Assembly (NCBI RefSeq): GCF_006345805.1
Contig: NC_043010.1
Span: 65,038,001-65,102,000, forward strand
Direction of reading: 5' to 3'
DNA length: 64,000 nt
Source of the DNA: Octopus sinensis
Taxonomy: Eukaryota
Under the pieces are notes generated by a model that had not been told where the DNA came from, ran no database searches, and saw nothing but the letters and a program-made list of their open reading frames with translations. This document shows, piece by piece, positions 1 through 12,878 of this stretch. The position numbers and the translations under genes were made by a program. The number at the start of each line of letters is the position of its first letter. Within the stretch, counting starts at the first letter, position 1.

Positions 1-1300
1 GGAAAAATACCTGCTCAATTCCGTCATATTGTCTGAGAAAATTGTTGGTGTTATCTTCACGTTATACATTAGAGCTACATTTTTGGTAAAACAGAATTCT
101 AACCTCCCTCTCTCTTCCTTTCTCTGTATATACATATATATGTAGATATGTGAAGTATTATCACTGTTAGAAACAGTAATAATGAGGTGGCTAGCAAGAC
201 TTCTACATAAACAGTTATAATATTTGAAAAAAGAAGGGTAAAAATACCGCTTGCAAAAAATTAAAGTGAAAGCTTAAGAAAACCCACCAATTCTGCGATA
301 AATACACACACGAGCAATTTAATGAACATTTTAAAAATAGGCCTGCCTTCAGGAGGGAAATTGAAGGCAGTTTTATTACATATTCCAACATCAATTGATT
401 TCATGCTGTGCATGATAAAACATGCCCGGCAATCCTCATTTGAAGGCAGTATTAACATCTATTTCTAAAATATTTAAAGTATTTAACATATTTTTCTAAA
501 ATATTCATTACGTCAACTCGTGTGCGTTTCTAGCTTTTGGGCAATGAAATGTTACCGAAGTATTTATCACGAATATAGTAGTTACATTACTACCACCCTT
601 TATCACTATACACCTGTGATAAGTTGTAAGTATGGAAATAGTGGCATTTATTCTGTTCCTGACATTTTTAATAAGTCTATTGTTGCCAGGTCATAGTTCA
701 GATTGTTTCTATATTACGTGTTTTGCACATTTCTTGCGTTATCATATCAATACATTAATGCGTGTACCTCTACGGACACAGGAAAACTAGTGATTTATTA
801 ATTACTGTTTTCCTGTTTCAGTAGAACTAAATTTGTTTAAATATTCCATGGCTACTGAATACCTGCAACAAATGACGGTGAAAAAAAAAATCTAGATTTA
901 AACAATTTAACGTTTCGTCTGATTTTTATCACAACACATGGATGTGAGATGTGATCACGTGACGAACGCCGCAGTTTTGTGACTTTGTGCAGTATATCCA
1001 CGTACATTAAGTAAGAATTATATATATGTGTGTGTGTGTGTATGTTTCCGAATGATTATGTAACACACACACACGCACGCGCACACATACAGATATATAC
1101 ATAGTCATTACGAGTCAAATATTTCCTGATTTTTTTACGAAGATTCTTGTGAATGAATGCTTGAAAAGCATAATTGTTATAAACCGGTGTAGTCCTCATT
1201 TCCACTCGCACATTATTAAAATACCAGGAAATATTTAGAAAGAGACAAATTCACAGGCTGAGACATATTTTTTAAAATATAATGTAGACTTAAATTATAC

Positions 1301-1435
1301 CTTGTTGACAATTGTCACCGTCATATCCAGCAGCACACCCATCTGGACATGTCCCATTTCGTCTGTCGCACTTTTTGTTGTCAACACAGTGACATATATC
1401 TTTACAATTTACACCAAATTTATCTCCTTCACATT
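1301..1435 (-). CDS. EGF-like exon, 135 bp, B-type: CEGDKFGVNCKDICHCVDNKKCDRRNGTCPDGCAAGYDGDNCQQ
   Basis: ttttcag acceptor and G|gtataa donor. Length divisible by 3, phase 1-1, 8-Cys laminin-EGF-like spacing. The gene continues beyond position 1. Confidence 0.88.
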
Positions 1436-1676
1436 CTGAAAATATTGGTATAAACAAATTATATTAGATATCATTTACTGAATATAATAAAAGGTATATC
1501 TATAATACTTTTCTACTTCAGAAATATAATTAAGATATTGTATGCCTGTAAACAAACATTAAACATTTGTTTCGCTTAACGTAATATGTTATCATAAACA
1601 AGATTGAACAGGTAGAGACATTAATTGAAATATAAAAAATAATTTAATAATTTTGGAATAAAGTATAGAAAATTAC

Positions 1677-1791
1677 CTTCTTGACAGCTGGATCCGCTGT
1701 ATCCTGCATCACAATCACCTGGACATGATCCATGTACGTGGTTACATGGTAGGGAACAATGACAATGCTTTTTGCAACCCTCACCAAAGCT
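1677..1791 (-). pseudogene. Broken EGF-like exon, A-type: SFGEGCKKHCHCSLPCNHVHGSCPGDCDAGYSGSSCQE; splice acceptor deleted
   Basis: Donor G|gtaatt is intact. Relative to the copy at 61396-61524, 38 bp are missing (24 intronic including tttcag, plus the first 14 exonic). Confidence 0.85.
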
Positions 1792-1811
1792 GAATCTGGA
1801 GTATTCCGTAT

Positions 1812-1866
<55 letters not shown>

Positions 1867-2045
1867 GTGTGTGTGTGTGTGTGTGTGTATGCTCCTACGT
1901 GATTTTGCATGTGCAGAAATGCAGATGCACACACATGCACACGTTATGTCACTGAAATACATTTATTCACAGTTGTATGGATACCTATCCATCCATGCAT
2001 ACATACATACATACATGTATAAGTACATAAGTGCACAGCACCCAC

Positions 2046-2094
<49 letters not shown>

Positions 2095-2139
2095 AGTGTT
2101 AGTGTGTGTCTGTGTCTGTGAGTGGATGTGTGTGTGAAC

Positions 2140-2409
2140 ACGCATGGCTCAGTGGTTAAGGAGTTTCACTCACAATTGCGAGGTCGTGGGTTCAATTCCC
2201 AGACCGGGCGTTACGTTGTCTTCATGAGCTAAGTAATTCATTTCGCGTTGCTCAGCGATCATTTCGTCTTTGCACCTGTACAAATAATGTCGATTTGATG
2301 GAGGGTGTTAACTTATGTATAGACAAACATTTGATGACTATAAATCATCTGCGTAGTTGTTCGCTAAGATATTGTGGAACCCTCACTTGTTGTTCAAGAA
2401 CGGGTGAGT

Positions 2410-2420
<11 letters not shown>
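2140..2420 (+). mobile_element. tRNA-derived SINE
   Basis: A-box-like tggctcagtggttaag and B-box-like ggttcaattcc. A homologous inverted copy lies at 60313-60550. Confidence 0.7.
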
Positions 2421-2453
<33 letters not shown>

Positions 2454-2479
2454 TATATATATATATAATAAATATTAGG

Positions 2480-3020
2480 GAATAAATCCAAATTTACAGG
2501 GAAAAATCAGATTTAGGATTAAATCCAATTTTATAGTAAAATATTATATAATATTAATTAGAGACAAAACCACTATTTTGCAAAACAAACAAAGAAAGAC
2601 TTAATCAATACATAAAATTTTAATAAAAAGTCAAAATATAACGCTGACTTTTTACAGTAGCGGTAACACATCGTGACGTATATTTGCCATCTCAATATGG
2701 CTACCCCTAAGGGTGGATGCTACTGTAGTTTTTAGCCCCAGGAGGACACACTCCTCCAGCTGGCCATAGACACACTTTCTGTGCCCTGTCAGTATTTGCA
2801 AAGGGAAGTCATCCTTCCCGTCTTCAACTTATGATACACACGGACTCGAGTTTCGAGGTATTGACCTCTCATCAGCGTTATTTATTTTTTACATTCATCT
2901 TAATCTTATTTCGGGCAGAGTTCTTTCGTCACACTCCTGTAACCGCATCAGTGGTCCTTTGCTTTCTTCTTTCTTATTTGTGTGTCTCTCCATACTAACC
3001 GTCAGCCATATTGTATTTCT
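2480..3020 (-). mobile_element. Penelope-type terminal repeat (pLTR)-like non-coding element carrying a hammerhead
   Basis: Contains the minimal hammerhead at 2840-2878. Segment 2681-2815 recurs, rearranged, at 35939-36103. Confidence 0.55.
2840..2878 (-). ncRNA. Minimal Type I hammerhead ribozyme
   Basis: Minus strand reads ACG CUGAUGA GAGGU-CAAU-ACCUC GAA ACUCGAGU C/CGU. Core intact, 5-bp stem II, palindromic stem III, GUC cleavage triplet, only 3-bp stem I. Confidence 0.8.
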
Positions 3021-4020
3021 ATTGTATGTGTCTTCATTTAGGCATGCGTATATCTCTATGAGTGTCTATGTTTAGTTAGTGTGTGTGTGGGGGTGATGCC
3101 TGTAATATTTGTATCTCCTTTTTATATATGTTCGTGTAATGCACGCCCGAAAAATACATAAACCACACCCACACACGGACACACACAGAAACCCTGACAA
3201 TACAACACACTCTAACACACACACACACACATACATATGCACCTTCACACACTCATACGGTTGCACAGACACACACATACACAACATGCGGACAATTATA
3301 ACAACACAAACATACTCAGACAGAGACACACATATTCACGTACACGCACATAACATCACCACCAACACAACACACACAAACATACACTCGAACACACACA
3401 GACGCACACATACACACACACGAACAAACGCATACATGTAAAAAACACATACACACATGCGCACACACAGCACCCCGAGAAATACAAATCACACATATAC
3501 ACACGCACAAACATTCACACATATACACGCACCATCCTGCTAAATATAAACCACACACATATACACAGACCCATACACACTACACACTAAACTCTAAGTC
3601 CAATAGAAAAAACCAACACACACAAATACAAGCATATATATACACACACACGCGCGCTCACATTCACTCACACCGTTTTGAACTCTAAACCCAGTCCTCT
3701 TTTTAAATCATCTAATAAGACGCTTCTGCACCGAAAGACGCACCACAACTGGTCAATAAGTTTCGCACCCGAGTATCTTCTCAAATTACACCAAAATCTC
3801 GGACAATAACACATAATATCGTATTTATTGTCTGTGAAAATTATAGAATATGAATCAAATTGGATAAAAACTTATACTCACTTTTCTGACGAAAACAATG
3901 CTGTTCTGAACATTTTGGCCGCAACTGTATATTTACATGTATATATATATATATATATATATACATATATATATAAAAGCATAAATACATATATATATAT
4001 ATGTATACACACACACATAC

Positions 4021-4051
<31 letters not shown>

Positions 4052-4070
4052 ATATATATATATATAATAT

Positions 4071-4200
<130 letters not shown>

Positions 4201-4466
4201 GTATAAATACATATATATGTGTATGGACAAATACATATCCATACATATATACACCATTCATAAAAGCGCTTACAACCCATATATCTCAATATATCTCAAT
4301 ATGAATTCACGAAGTATTTAATGAATGTAAGTTTGGAAAATAAAATAAACTGGTTAGTCTGCGTCTTCATTACCACGTTAATTAAGTGAAAGGAAAGTTA
4401 GAATAAGAATCAGATGCAGAGGTTTAAACATAATTTTATGAAATGTATCGTAGTTCTATATCATAC

Positions 4467-4601
4467 TTTGTTGACAATTGTAGCCTCTATATCCAGCAGA
4501 ACATCCATCTGAGCAGTTTCCATTTGTTCTGTTGCAGTTTTCCTCGTCAATACAATGACATGTCCGTCTACAATTACTACCAAATCTACCAGCTTCACAT
4601 T
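4467..4601 (-). CDS. EGF-like exon, 135 bp, B-type: CEAGRFGSNCRRTCHCIDEENCNRTNGNCSDGCSAGYRGYNCQQ
   Basis: ttttcag acceptor, A|gtatga donor, phase 1-1, 8 Cys. Confidence 0.9.
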
Positions 4602-4862
4602 CTGAAAATATTAATACAAAACACAATAGGTTAGATATTATTAACTCCACACAATAAAAGTTATGGCTGTAAGAGCTCTCTTCTACAAATATATGTGAGA
4701 TATCAAAGACACGCTTTTTTATTATCTTATCTTAAAGCATAACTCATGAGTTAACATTGAAGTAGTCTTTGATGATAAATAAGAAAGTTGATTTACGCTA
4801 AGAAACACTAAATCAAATGTAGAGAATTTTGAAATGGTGGAATAAAAAGTATTGGAAATAAC

Positions 4863-4991
4863 CTTCTTGGCAGTTGTACCCGGTGTATCCTGCATGACAC
4901 AATCCTGAACACGATCCATTTATGTGGTTACATGTTGCGTGACAATGACATTTCTTTGTACAATTGCGACCAAAATAACCCCTGGAACATT
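4863..4991 (-). CDS. EGF-like exon, 129 bp, A-type: CSRGYFGRNCTKKCHCHATCNHINGSCSGLCHAGYTGYNCQE
   Basis: tatttcag acceptor, G|gttatt donor, phase 1-1, 8 Cys. Confidence 0.9.
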
Positions 4992-5344
4992 CTGAAATAA
5001 TAAAAAAAACGTTGGCTATGAATTGCTATTATAAGAGAGTTTTATGGTATCTTATAGATGATTCAGTATGCCAGATATTGTTATATATTTTAGCATTACA
5101 GACACTAGATAGAGATGAGTATATACTTGATTCCTCATTGTATTTCAACGTGGATCAATGAAATGTCACTATAGATTATAAGATGAAAGTATTCGTTTAA
5201 AATAAAATTGGATGAAATATCAAATATAGATAATTATAGAGAATCACGAGAAGACAAGCGACTTCCTTCAGCATCTTTTGCATACGTCGCCTCCCTATAT
5301 CAGAAATGGTGTTCAATGGTGATAGAGTTATTAATGAATGAAAG

Positions 5345-5490
5345 CTTGGTAAGAAGCTTGCTTCCCAACCATATGGATCCGGGTTCAGTCCCACTGCATA
5401 GCACCTTCTGCATCTGTCTTCTATTATAGAGTCGAGTCGACCAAAGCCTTGATAGTGCACTTGGTAGGCGGAAACTGAAAGAAGGCATCG
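5345..5490 (+). mobile_element. Octopus-type tRNA-derived SINE, 5' head
   Basis: ggtaagaagcttgcttcccaaccatatgg..ggttcagtcccactgc..ggaaactgaaagaag. Same family as the full copy at 30301-30731. Confidence 0.8.
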
Positions 5491-5560
5491 AATACATGCA
5501 TACATACACACACATACACATAAATATATATGTATATAGATAAATATATATATATATATT

Positions 5561-5604
<44 letters not shown>

Positions 5605-5610
5605 AATGTA

Positions 5611-5651
<41 letters not shown>

Positions 5652-5652
5652 A

Positions 5653-5718
<66 letters not shown>

Positions 5719-5969
5719 TGTAAATATTTATATTTAAATATATTAATATATGTATTTTTTCCTTGGGGTTGGCCAGATTGGGGGAATCTCAAGTATAACC
5801 AGTCGCAATTGCAAAGATAATCTGGAACTTGACTGAGGAAAGAAACCTCCGAATGACCCGTCCTTATTTTCTTTGTACTATCAATATGGATGGTTTGTTA
5901 TAACTTTTTTGTATCATCTAACTGTCTGGATGTTTGCGTTCTTGTCCCATTTTGTATTATATATATATA

Positions 5970-6014
<45 letters not shown>

Positions 6015-6135
6015 TAAGGGTAGAAATTGATATTAATCAATTAAAACCAGTGGCCTAGCATATTTTAAGAAATCCGAAGATTAAAAATTTTTTTCATACA
6101 AAATTTAGAGGACTGACCACTAAAACTGGACAGCC

Positions 6136-6571
6136 TATACGCTAGATATTGACGTCAAAATCGTCATTTTCCCCGAAGAATGTGTTCTCAAGAATAAACT
6201 TAGCAAAAATACAAAGTGTAAAAATATGCAAAAAAAATGAAAATATACGAAATAAAAAACGATTACATATGTACTAATTACTTTCACTTGATAACATTTT
6301 CGTAAATGGATACACAAACATCTGCAAGATCATCAGCATAGTCTTTCGTTTACAAAACACAATTTCCAGAACTAGATACAGAACGCTCAACCGAAATCCA
6401 GCATGCATATAGGAAAAAAACTCAGCAACAAACCAAAGTGTAAAAATAAGCAAGACAAATGAAAACATACGAAATAAAAAACGATTACCTATGTACTAAT
6501 TTGTTTTTTTTTTTCTTCAGAACACATTCTTCGTGTAAAATGACCATTTTGACGTCCATATCTAGCATATA
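6136..6571. mobile_element. MITE with ~58-bp imperfect terminal inverted repeats, TA-flanked
   Basis: 6136-6194 is the reverse complement of 6513-6571. An internal ~75-bp direct repeat lies at ~6205 and ~6425. Confidence 0.75.
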
Positions 6572-6594
6572 TGTATGTATGTATGTATGTATGT

Positions 6595-6802
6595 GTGTGT
6601 GTGTGTCTGTGTTTGTCCCAACATCGCTTGACAACCGACGTTGGTGTGTTTACATTCCCGAAACTTACTGCTTTGGCAAGAGACCGATATAATAAATACT
6701 AGGCTTACAAAGAATAAGTCCTGGGGTCGATTTGCTCGACCAAAGGCGGTGCTCCAGCATGGCCACTGTCAAATGACTGAAACAAGTAAAAGCGTAAAAG
6801 AG

Positions 6803-6805
<3 letters not shown>
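6595..6805 (+). mobile_element. Octopus-type SINE, 3' half
   Basis: catcgcttgacaaccg..aagaataagtcctggggtcgatttgctcgac..aaatgactgaaacaagtaaaag; matches 30301-30500 reversed. Confidence 0.85.
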
Positions 6806-6842
<37 letters not shown>

Positions 6843-6915
6843 CATAAATATATATATACATATAAATGTATATATGCACATATATATACGTAAATATATA
6901 TACTGATATACATAC

Positions 6916-6966
<51 letters not shown>

Positions 6967-6994
6967 TACATATGTGTTTATGCATGTATGCGTC

Positions 6995-7200
6995 TCCATT
7001 TTCCCGTACGTTGCTTGATAACCGATGCTAGTGTGTTTACGTCTCCGTCAATTAGCATTTCGGCAAAAAGGATCGATATTATGAGTACTAGGCTTACAAC
7101 GGATAAGTCTTGGGGTCGATTTATTCGACTAAAGACTGTGCTCCAGAATGGCTGCAGTCAAATGACTGGAACGAGTAAAAAAAATAAAAGAATAACAAAT
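6995..7200 (+). mobile_element. Octopus-type SINE, 3' half (older copy)
   Basis: Same motifs as 6595-6805, more diverged. Confidence 0.75.
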
Positions 7201-8699
7201 ACAAACACACCTCAGTTCTGTTTATTTATACATTTTCTAAGCGCTGCCATTGCATTGAATCGAATTCAATTACGTCTCGGATTTTCATAAATTTTAGTCG
7301 AACAATATTGAAATATTTTCACCATCCCAGGAGTGAAGCCAAGTAACTCCGACACAATAGGTTAATATATTAAAATTCTTATAACTGTTCGGTGTAAAGT
7401 ATCGATATCTCACATTGATTCGTGATATTAATTTTAATCATTTACATAATTTTCACGAGGACGACAGAAATAATATTACATTCTCCTTCCTCATATGTAT
7501 ATTTATGTTTATAATAAAAACCATGATAGATTGAGAGGTCTATGAACACATTTGTGTGGGTGTGTGTGTGTACGTGTATGAATGTGTACGCGTGTATGTG
7601 TGCGTGTCTCTGCTCGTTTACATATAGTCTTTTCACCCTCTGAGAATTAGTATCCCTTTCACGTTTGAGTTTACTATTTTAAGAAAGGGAAAAGACATTG
7701 CAAAATATATAGTATTTCATGTTTTAGGGCTTCCTCTCTCTCTCTCTCTCTCTCTCCCTCCCATGCCTACAATCGTCGGCAGACTTGGACCTCTCTACCA
7801 TAGTCTGAAGATTCTTGATTTTCCTTGTGCAAGATACAGCATTAGATTCCCGTTACCTACTGCGATTTATTTACAGTTTAATCTTTTAGTCTCCTACTCT
7901 CCTAATTTTATCCTTGAGCCAGAAGGCTTATTTAATCTCTAAACAGTGGAAGAAGTTCACGTGATATAAGGACATGTCCACACTGCGGTAGGCTTACGTG
8001 ACCTATGTCTTAGAGCAGACTCTACTCCGAATCCTGGGTGTCTTAGCCTCAATAATCGCTTCTGCTAATTTCATCCCTCACTGGTATTACCATCTCAGGC
8101 CAGAGATACGATTTGTGGTGACTAAAAAGTAACTTTATACTCCCTAAAGTTGGAACCTCATCATGAGATGCAGGTTAATGTCTAGCTTAGGACATGTTAT
8201 TAAAAGACACCAGCAAAAACATGCTGCCGTTTTCGTATTTTCCTTACTTCGAATTCGTTTCAGCCACTCTCCTTCACTTTCTCTTAATTCTGCCTGTCTC
8301 GCTCTTATTCTTTCTTTCTGTCTGTCTCTCTTTCTTTCCTTCTTCCTTTCTTTCTTTCTTCTTTCCTTATTTATTTCTCTCTTCCGTTTTCTATCACGTC
8401 TAGATATATGTTTTCTTTTTTTTTAAGGTATCAGAGATTCTTAGGACCCAAGAGAAATCTGCAGTGAAATATGTCTATAACTAGCGAATACCATAACACC
8501 AGTTCCATTGACAATACTATATAGCCCTTTATATATTTTCGGATCTGCTATAATCGGATCCCTTATTTAGCAAGTTCTTATTGAGTATGTTTACCTGTGT
8601 GCAAAGTTTGGGATGGAATTCCTATTCTAAAGTTAACAGAAAATCTTTAGTGCTGCTTTCGACTATACCTTCCTTTGCTTAATGCCACTGCTATCCAGC

Positions 8700-9790
8700 G
8701 GTTACAGATAGAAAATGTACTGTATGAGAGAATATCTTAATTTTACTTTACGATTTACATAAATAGGTGGGACGGCATCCATGAATCTTCAAGCCTCCCC
8801 ATACAGGTGAAATTAGTTGAGATGATTGATAGTTTGAAAATTTATAGAATGGTGATCCTGATAGTCACCGGATAGTTATAGATCTGAGAGGGAAGAACGG
8901 GAGGAAGAGAATTTAGTGAATGTTTAATGGGGTTCAGAGATGGTTAGGGTATGGTGAATGGATGTAGTTATAGAAATATTATTCAGAAAACTACAGAGGA
9001 ACGGTAGAAGACATATTAAGCAATAATAAAAAAGAAAAATGTAGAAGAAACGTGTCTATAAGACATTGATTGGTGTGTGTTCGTGAGTAAATTATTGTCC
9101 GTCAGTTGAATAGACTTCTTTTCATCGAGAATATTCGTGGCAACAGCGTTGTCCCATGGATGTGAGCAAGAAACTGTTTGGGGACTTAGTTGCGTATTAT
9201 AGACAGCGCTGATCATGACTCAGGCATTTGCAGTCTCCGAGGATGCTTTCTATATTATGGGAAGCATTTGAGACGTGCATTTCTGAGGTTTCATCTGAGA
9301 TGCTAAGCCATAGTATTTGTAGCAATTTAAATAGTTTTAAGTTCCTGTTATTTCTGATGAGAAAGTATTAAGTACATCACTATATTCTTGGTTTGTGTAG
9401 TGATTCAGTTTCTGGGTTTGTAAAAGAGACAAAGACATCATGTACACTCTGACGGATTCTCTCAAAGTTTCTTGTAATGGATTCAGTGTATTCCTGACAT
9501 GAGTTGATTAAATAATCTGTTGACGCCAGCTGTTGATGACGAGGAAAAATGTTGCATCATCTACATAGCTGTGCATGTTTTCAGAGGTGACAGGAAATAG
9601 TTCAATAATGTAGTGTGAGGGACTGTACTTAATGATGGATAACTCCAAAGCTGAGAGGGTGTGAATCAGGGACAGTTTCATCGGCACAGTTACCAATAGT
9701 ATAGTTGAAGAGGAAACTTCAAATCGAAGAAATGACAAAAGTGCAAACCGTAGGTGAATAGTGTAATGAGCAATGTAAATGTAGGTGAGC
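8700..9790 (-). mobile_element. Degraded Penelope-like reverse transcriptase remnant
   Basis: Minus-strand frame contains HSYVDD (RT catalytic motif). Many stops and frameshifts. Confidence 0.45.
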
Positions 9791-10774
9791 ACATTAGAAA
9801 GGTTTCTTTAATATGGAGAGCTCTAACACTTCTTTTACTGATGGTTTCAAGAGCAGAGGACCCAAATTAATCATTCAAGGTATCACGTACCCGGTAAATA
9901 TGACATTACGAAAGCCATATCCCTCCTCATTGAAAGTTAATTGTAAGATGAACATCCCCGTTTTTTGTTTTCCAGAAATACTCTATGTACTGTTACAACA
10001 CGCATTATCCCAGTCTCCTTTTAAGGAGGTGATATATACTTCTCTGAATATTTTGCTGGTATTTCCATCATGTCGAGGGACCACGTAGGGAGACCACCCA
10101 TATTGGCTCACGTTCAGTTTTGGTGTTTGGAGCACAGATGTGATGATGATTAGAGGACAGGAGACATTGATCAATATATTCTAGCGGTAAACATTCATTA
10201 AAGTAGAGCCTATAGCGCGTTTATTGTGACAATGCAAGTATAAAATGGCTGTTTTACATAGTGCAGAGTTCTGATTTACTTCGGTCATCTTTAATTTCGG
10301 CATAACAAAGATTCTAGACAGTCTGCCTTTGCTGGGAATGTTAAGAACAATATATATTTGAAACTAAGAGTAAATTGTATATCTGTAAACTGAACAGAAA
10401 AACTGAAAAACAACAATTGAGACCGAAATCTTAAAATAGGGAATGACACAGAAGAAAAGAAGAAAGATATTACAGGGAAAGCAATCTGTGCCATAAACAG
10501 TTGTAAGATTTCTAATATATTTCCGCATAAAAATTAATATCTCGGCGGTAATAGTAGAAAGTAATCGAGTTAATGAGACAGATTAAGTCCCATAGATTTT
10601 CCAACCAGAATATTAAATAATGATCATACCACATCATATAAGGTTGATAATGTTAATATTCAAAGGTTATTGCGGATATGGATATTTATAGAAACTGATA
10701 TAAGAAAGATTTACAATGAAATCTAATAATCCCTCAGTAATATTATTGAGCAGGAGACTAAAAGTTTATCTAAC

Positions 10775-10918
10775 CTGTGCAATTCTGGGAACCATAGGGC
10801 ACGTAATATCCTATGATGCAACCTTCCTCACAGCGTCCCGTGAATTGATCACATTTAGCGCCTTCACAGAGTTCACAACGTTCCATACACATATCTCCAT
10901 AGAATCCAGGAACACATT
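10775..10918 (-). CDS. EGF-like exon, 144 bp: CVPGFYGDMCMERCELCEGAKCDQFTGRCEEGCIIGYYVPYGSQNCT
   Basis: ttgttattgcag acceptor, G|gttaga donor, phase 1-1, 8 Cys. Absent from the ORF track; found by manual translation. Confidence 0.9.
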
Positions 10919-11049
10919 CTGCAATAACAAAAATGATTCAAAAAGAAAATATCACGGTTGCTGTATGTATTTCACGAGCGTTAGCACCTAATATTAAGTT
11001 GTAATGATATTTTATAGAATGAATATGGTTTAAATTTTATTATTAGTGG

Positions 11050-11200
11050 CATATCATCCGTCTTTACGTTCGGGGTTCAATTTCCGGTGGAGTCGATTTT
11101 CACATTTCAGGCTTGATAGGATAAGTACCAGTCAAGCACTTGGGTCGATGTAATCGACTTGACTCCTCCCACAAAAACTTTAGGGCTTGAAAGAAGAAAT
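11050..11200 (+). mobile_element. SINE fragment (second family)
   Basis: cgttcggggttcaatttcc..gtcgat..aagtaccagtcaagcacttgggtcgatgtaatcgactt. Related fragments lie at ~11640-11760, ~42160-42420 and ~48670-48760. Confidence 0.6.
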
Positions 11201-11855
11201 AAGGAGTAATATTTTAGTGATCTCAAAAATGAACATAACCATGCACAAGTCGAATATTTGTAAACACATTATGTTATCGAATCGTGTAAAATGAAATAAG
11301 ATGAGTGAATGAAAGTTGGCGAGAGTGTAATGGTATATAAAATTATATATATTTAGTTTATAAAGTACACCATTGAAATATTTGTTATATCAATCTTAAT
11401 TAGCTTTATCAACACTCCAGTGAACACCAGTCGGAAATTTTATGGTCAACAGAATGACTTTGTTCATTGGATATAGAGTTCTTGACTGTAGGTAAGCAGT
11501 ATGCAAGTATATTTGACAAGTGTTTGCTTAGCCTGTAATAGTGAATTGAAATTGTATCACTAAAGCGTTCCTATTTAGGAAAACTATGGCGGGGGAGGGA
11601 CAAAGAGGTGGGGAAGCAGAAAGATTTCAAAACCGAACCAACCGTCTAATGGTAATTAATATGTTCATTTATGTTCGGAGTTCAAACCCCGCTCAATACA
11701 TTTTACCTTTTTAAACATTCAGGATCGCTAACATAGTTATCAGTCCACTATGGAAGTCAAGATAAACGGTTGTACTTTATCTCAAAATCGATAGCTCTGT
11801 AACATTCTCATAAATCAATATTTACCAAGTGAAATAACAAATAAACATAACTTAC

Positions 11856-12038
11856 GTAACACTTCCACTTCACAAAGAGTAAGCATTCTCCGATCTCCAT
11901 CTAACGATATCCTGACTGAATTTGCAGTGAGTGGATTTCCACATTTAATATAAATTACATCTTCATTGTATTCATAACTTTGACTTTGAAAACAAAGTGA
12001 TGATCCAACAGAAACTTTAAATCCTTTCAGCCTGTCAC
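11856..12038 (-). CDS. F-type lectin (FTP/fucolectin-like) domain, C-terminal half: RDRLKGFKVSVGSSLCFQSQSYEYNEDVIYIKCGNPLTANSVRISLDGDRRMLTLCEVEVL
   Basis: ttttggttctag acceptor, C|gtaagt donor, 183 bp, phase 1-1. The RLxGFxVxVG...C...C...LxLCEVEV pattern is typical of F-type lectin domains. Confidence 0.92.
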
Positions 12039-12169
12039 CTAGAACCAAAATATAAAAGTAAAATTGGAATCAGATGTTATTTATATTGAGAATAATTTGA
12101 AAAGAAAGATCATCAAGCGAAGAGATTACCATTTTAATAATTTGTCTAATTAAATAATCGGTAACACAA

Positions 12170-12470
12170 TATGTACTGGCACTCCGCCGGTTACGGCTAC
12201 GAGGGTTCCAGTTGATTTGATCAACGGAAGAGCCTGCTCGTGAAATTACCGTTCAAGTGGCTGAGTACTCCACAAACAACTGTACGCTTAACGTAGTTAT
12301 TAGGGAAATTCAGCGTGACGCAGGCTGTAACGAGGCTGGCCCTTTGAAATACAGATGCAACTCATTCTTTCAGCTGAGAGGACTTGAGCAATGTGAAATA
12401 AAGTCGCCGGGAATTGAACTCACGACTTTTCGATCGTTAGCCGATTACCCTAACCACTAAGCCACACGCT
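12170..12470 (-). mobile_element. tRNA-derived SINE (third family)
   Basis: Minus-strand head gcgtgtggcttagtggttaggg..gagttcaattcccggcga. A related fragment lies at ~50810-50960. Confidence 0.65.
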
Positions 12471-12535
12471 TTTACATCGATAACACAATGAGTTGAAAAA
12501 AATCAAAAATACATATACATATATGTACATAAGTA

Positions 12536-12536
12536 C

Positions 12537-12623
<87 letters not shown>

Positions 12624-12630
12624 TAGATAA
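12536..12630. repeat. (GATA)n/(GACA)n microsatellite
   Basis: Direct reading. Confidence 0.95.
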
Positions 12631-12878
12631 ATTTAATTGAAAACAAGGAAATTATCTTTAACAAGGTGGTGTATACTTCTGTGTCTGTATCTGTGGTTAT
12701 TTGCCTTGTGCATCATTAATATGTGTAGTAACGTATGAATGTGCGTGAATGAATACACAGGAACATCCACTTCTCTCTACGTGGTACAGCAAACAGACAT
12801 TGACAAAAATTTCAGACTGTTTAATTTAATTCCAACTAGCTTTGAGATTAAAATTTTACAGTGGAGATATTTTAGATA

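Larger units (their letters stand above)
1..2420 (-). repeat. Segmental duplication, left copy (inverted homolog of ~60313-63540 and of 58264-59712)
   Basis: The reverse complement of 1-1810 aligns nearly base for base with 61350-63540, e.g. 150-480 vs 62760-63090. The 1860-2420 segment aligns more loosely with 60313-60830. Confidence 0.93.

Noticed and set aside
2140-2215. tRNA gene candidates (also ~12400-12470, 27930-27975, 28275-28330)
   Set aside because: They have A/B boxes but no complete cloverleaf and continue into repeat bodies, so they are SINE-type heads.
5831-5860. Hammerhead-like ctgaggaaagaaacctccgaatg
   Set aside because: Stem II does not pair and GAAA is mutated; a decayed relic at best.
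9230-9290. Hammerhead-like ccgaggatgctttc..gaagcatttgagacg
   Set aside because: Both core segments are mutated; treated as a dead Penelope terminal repeat.
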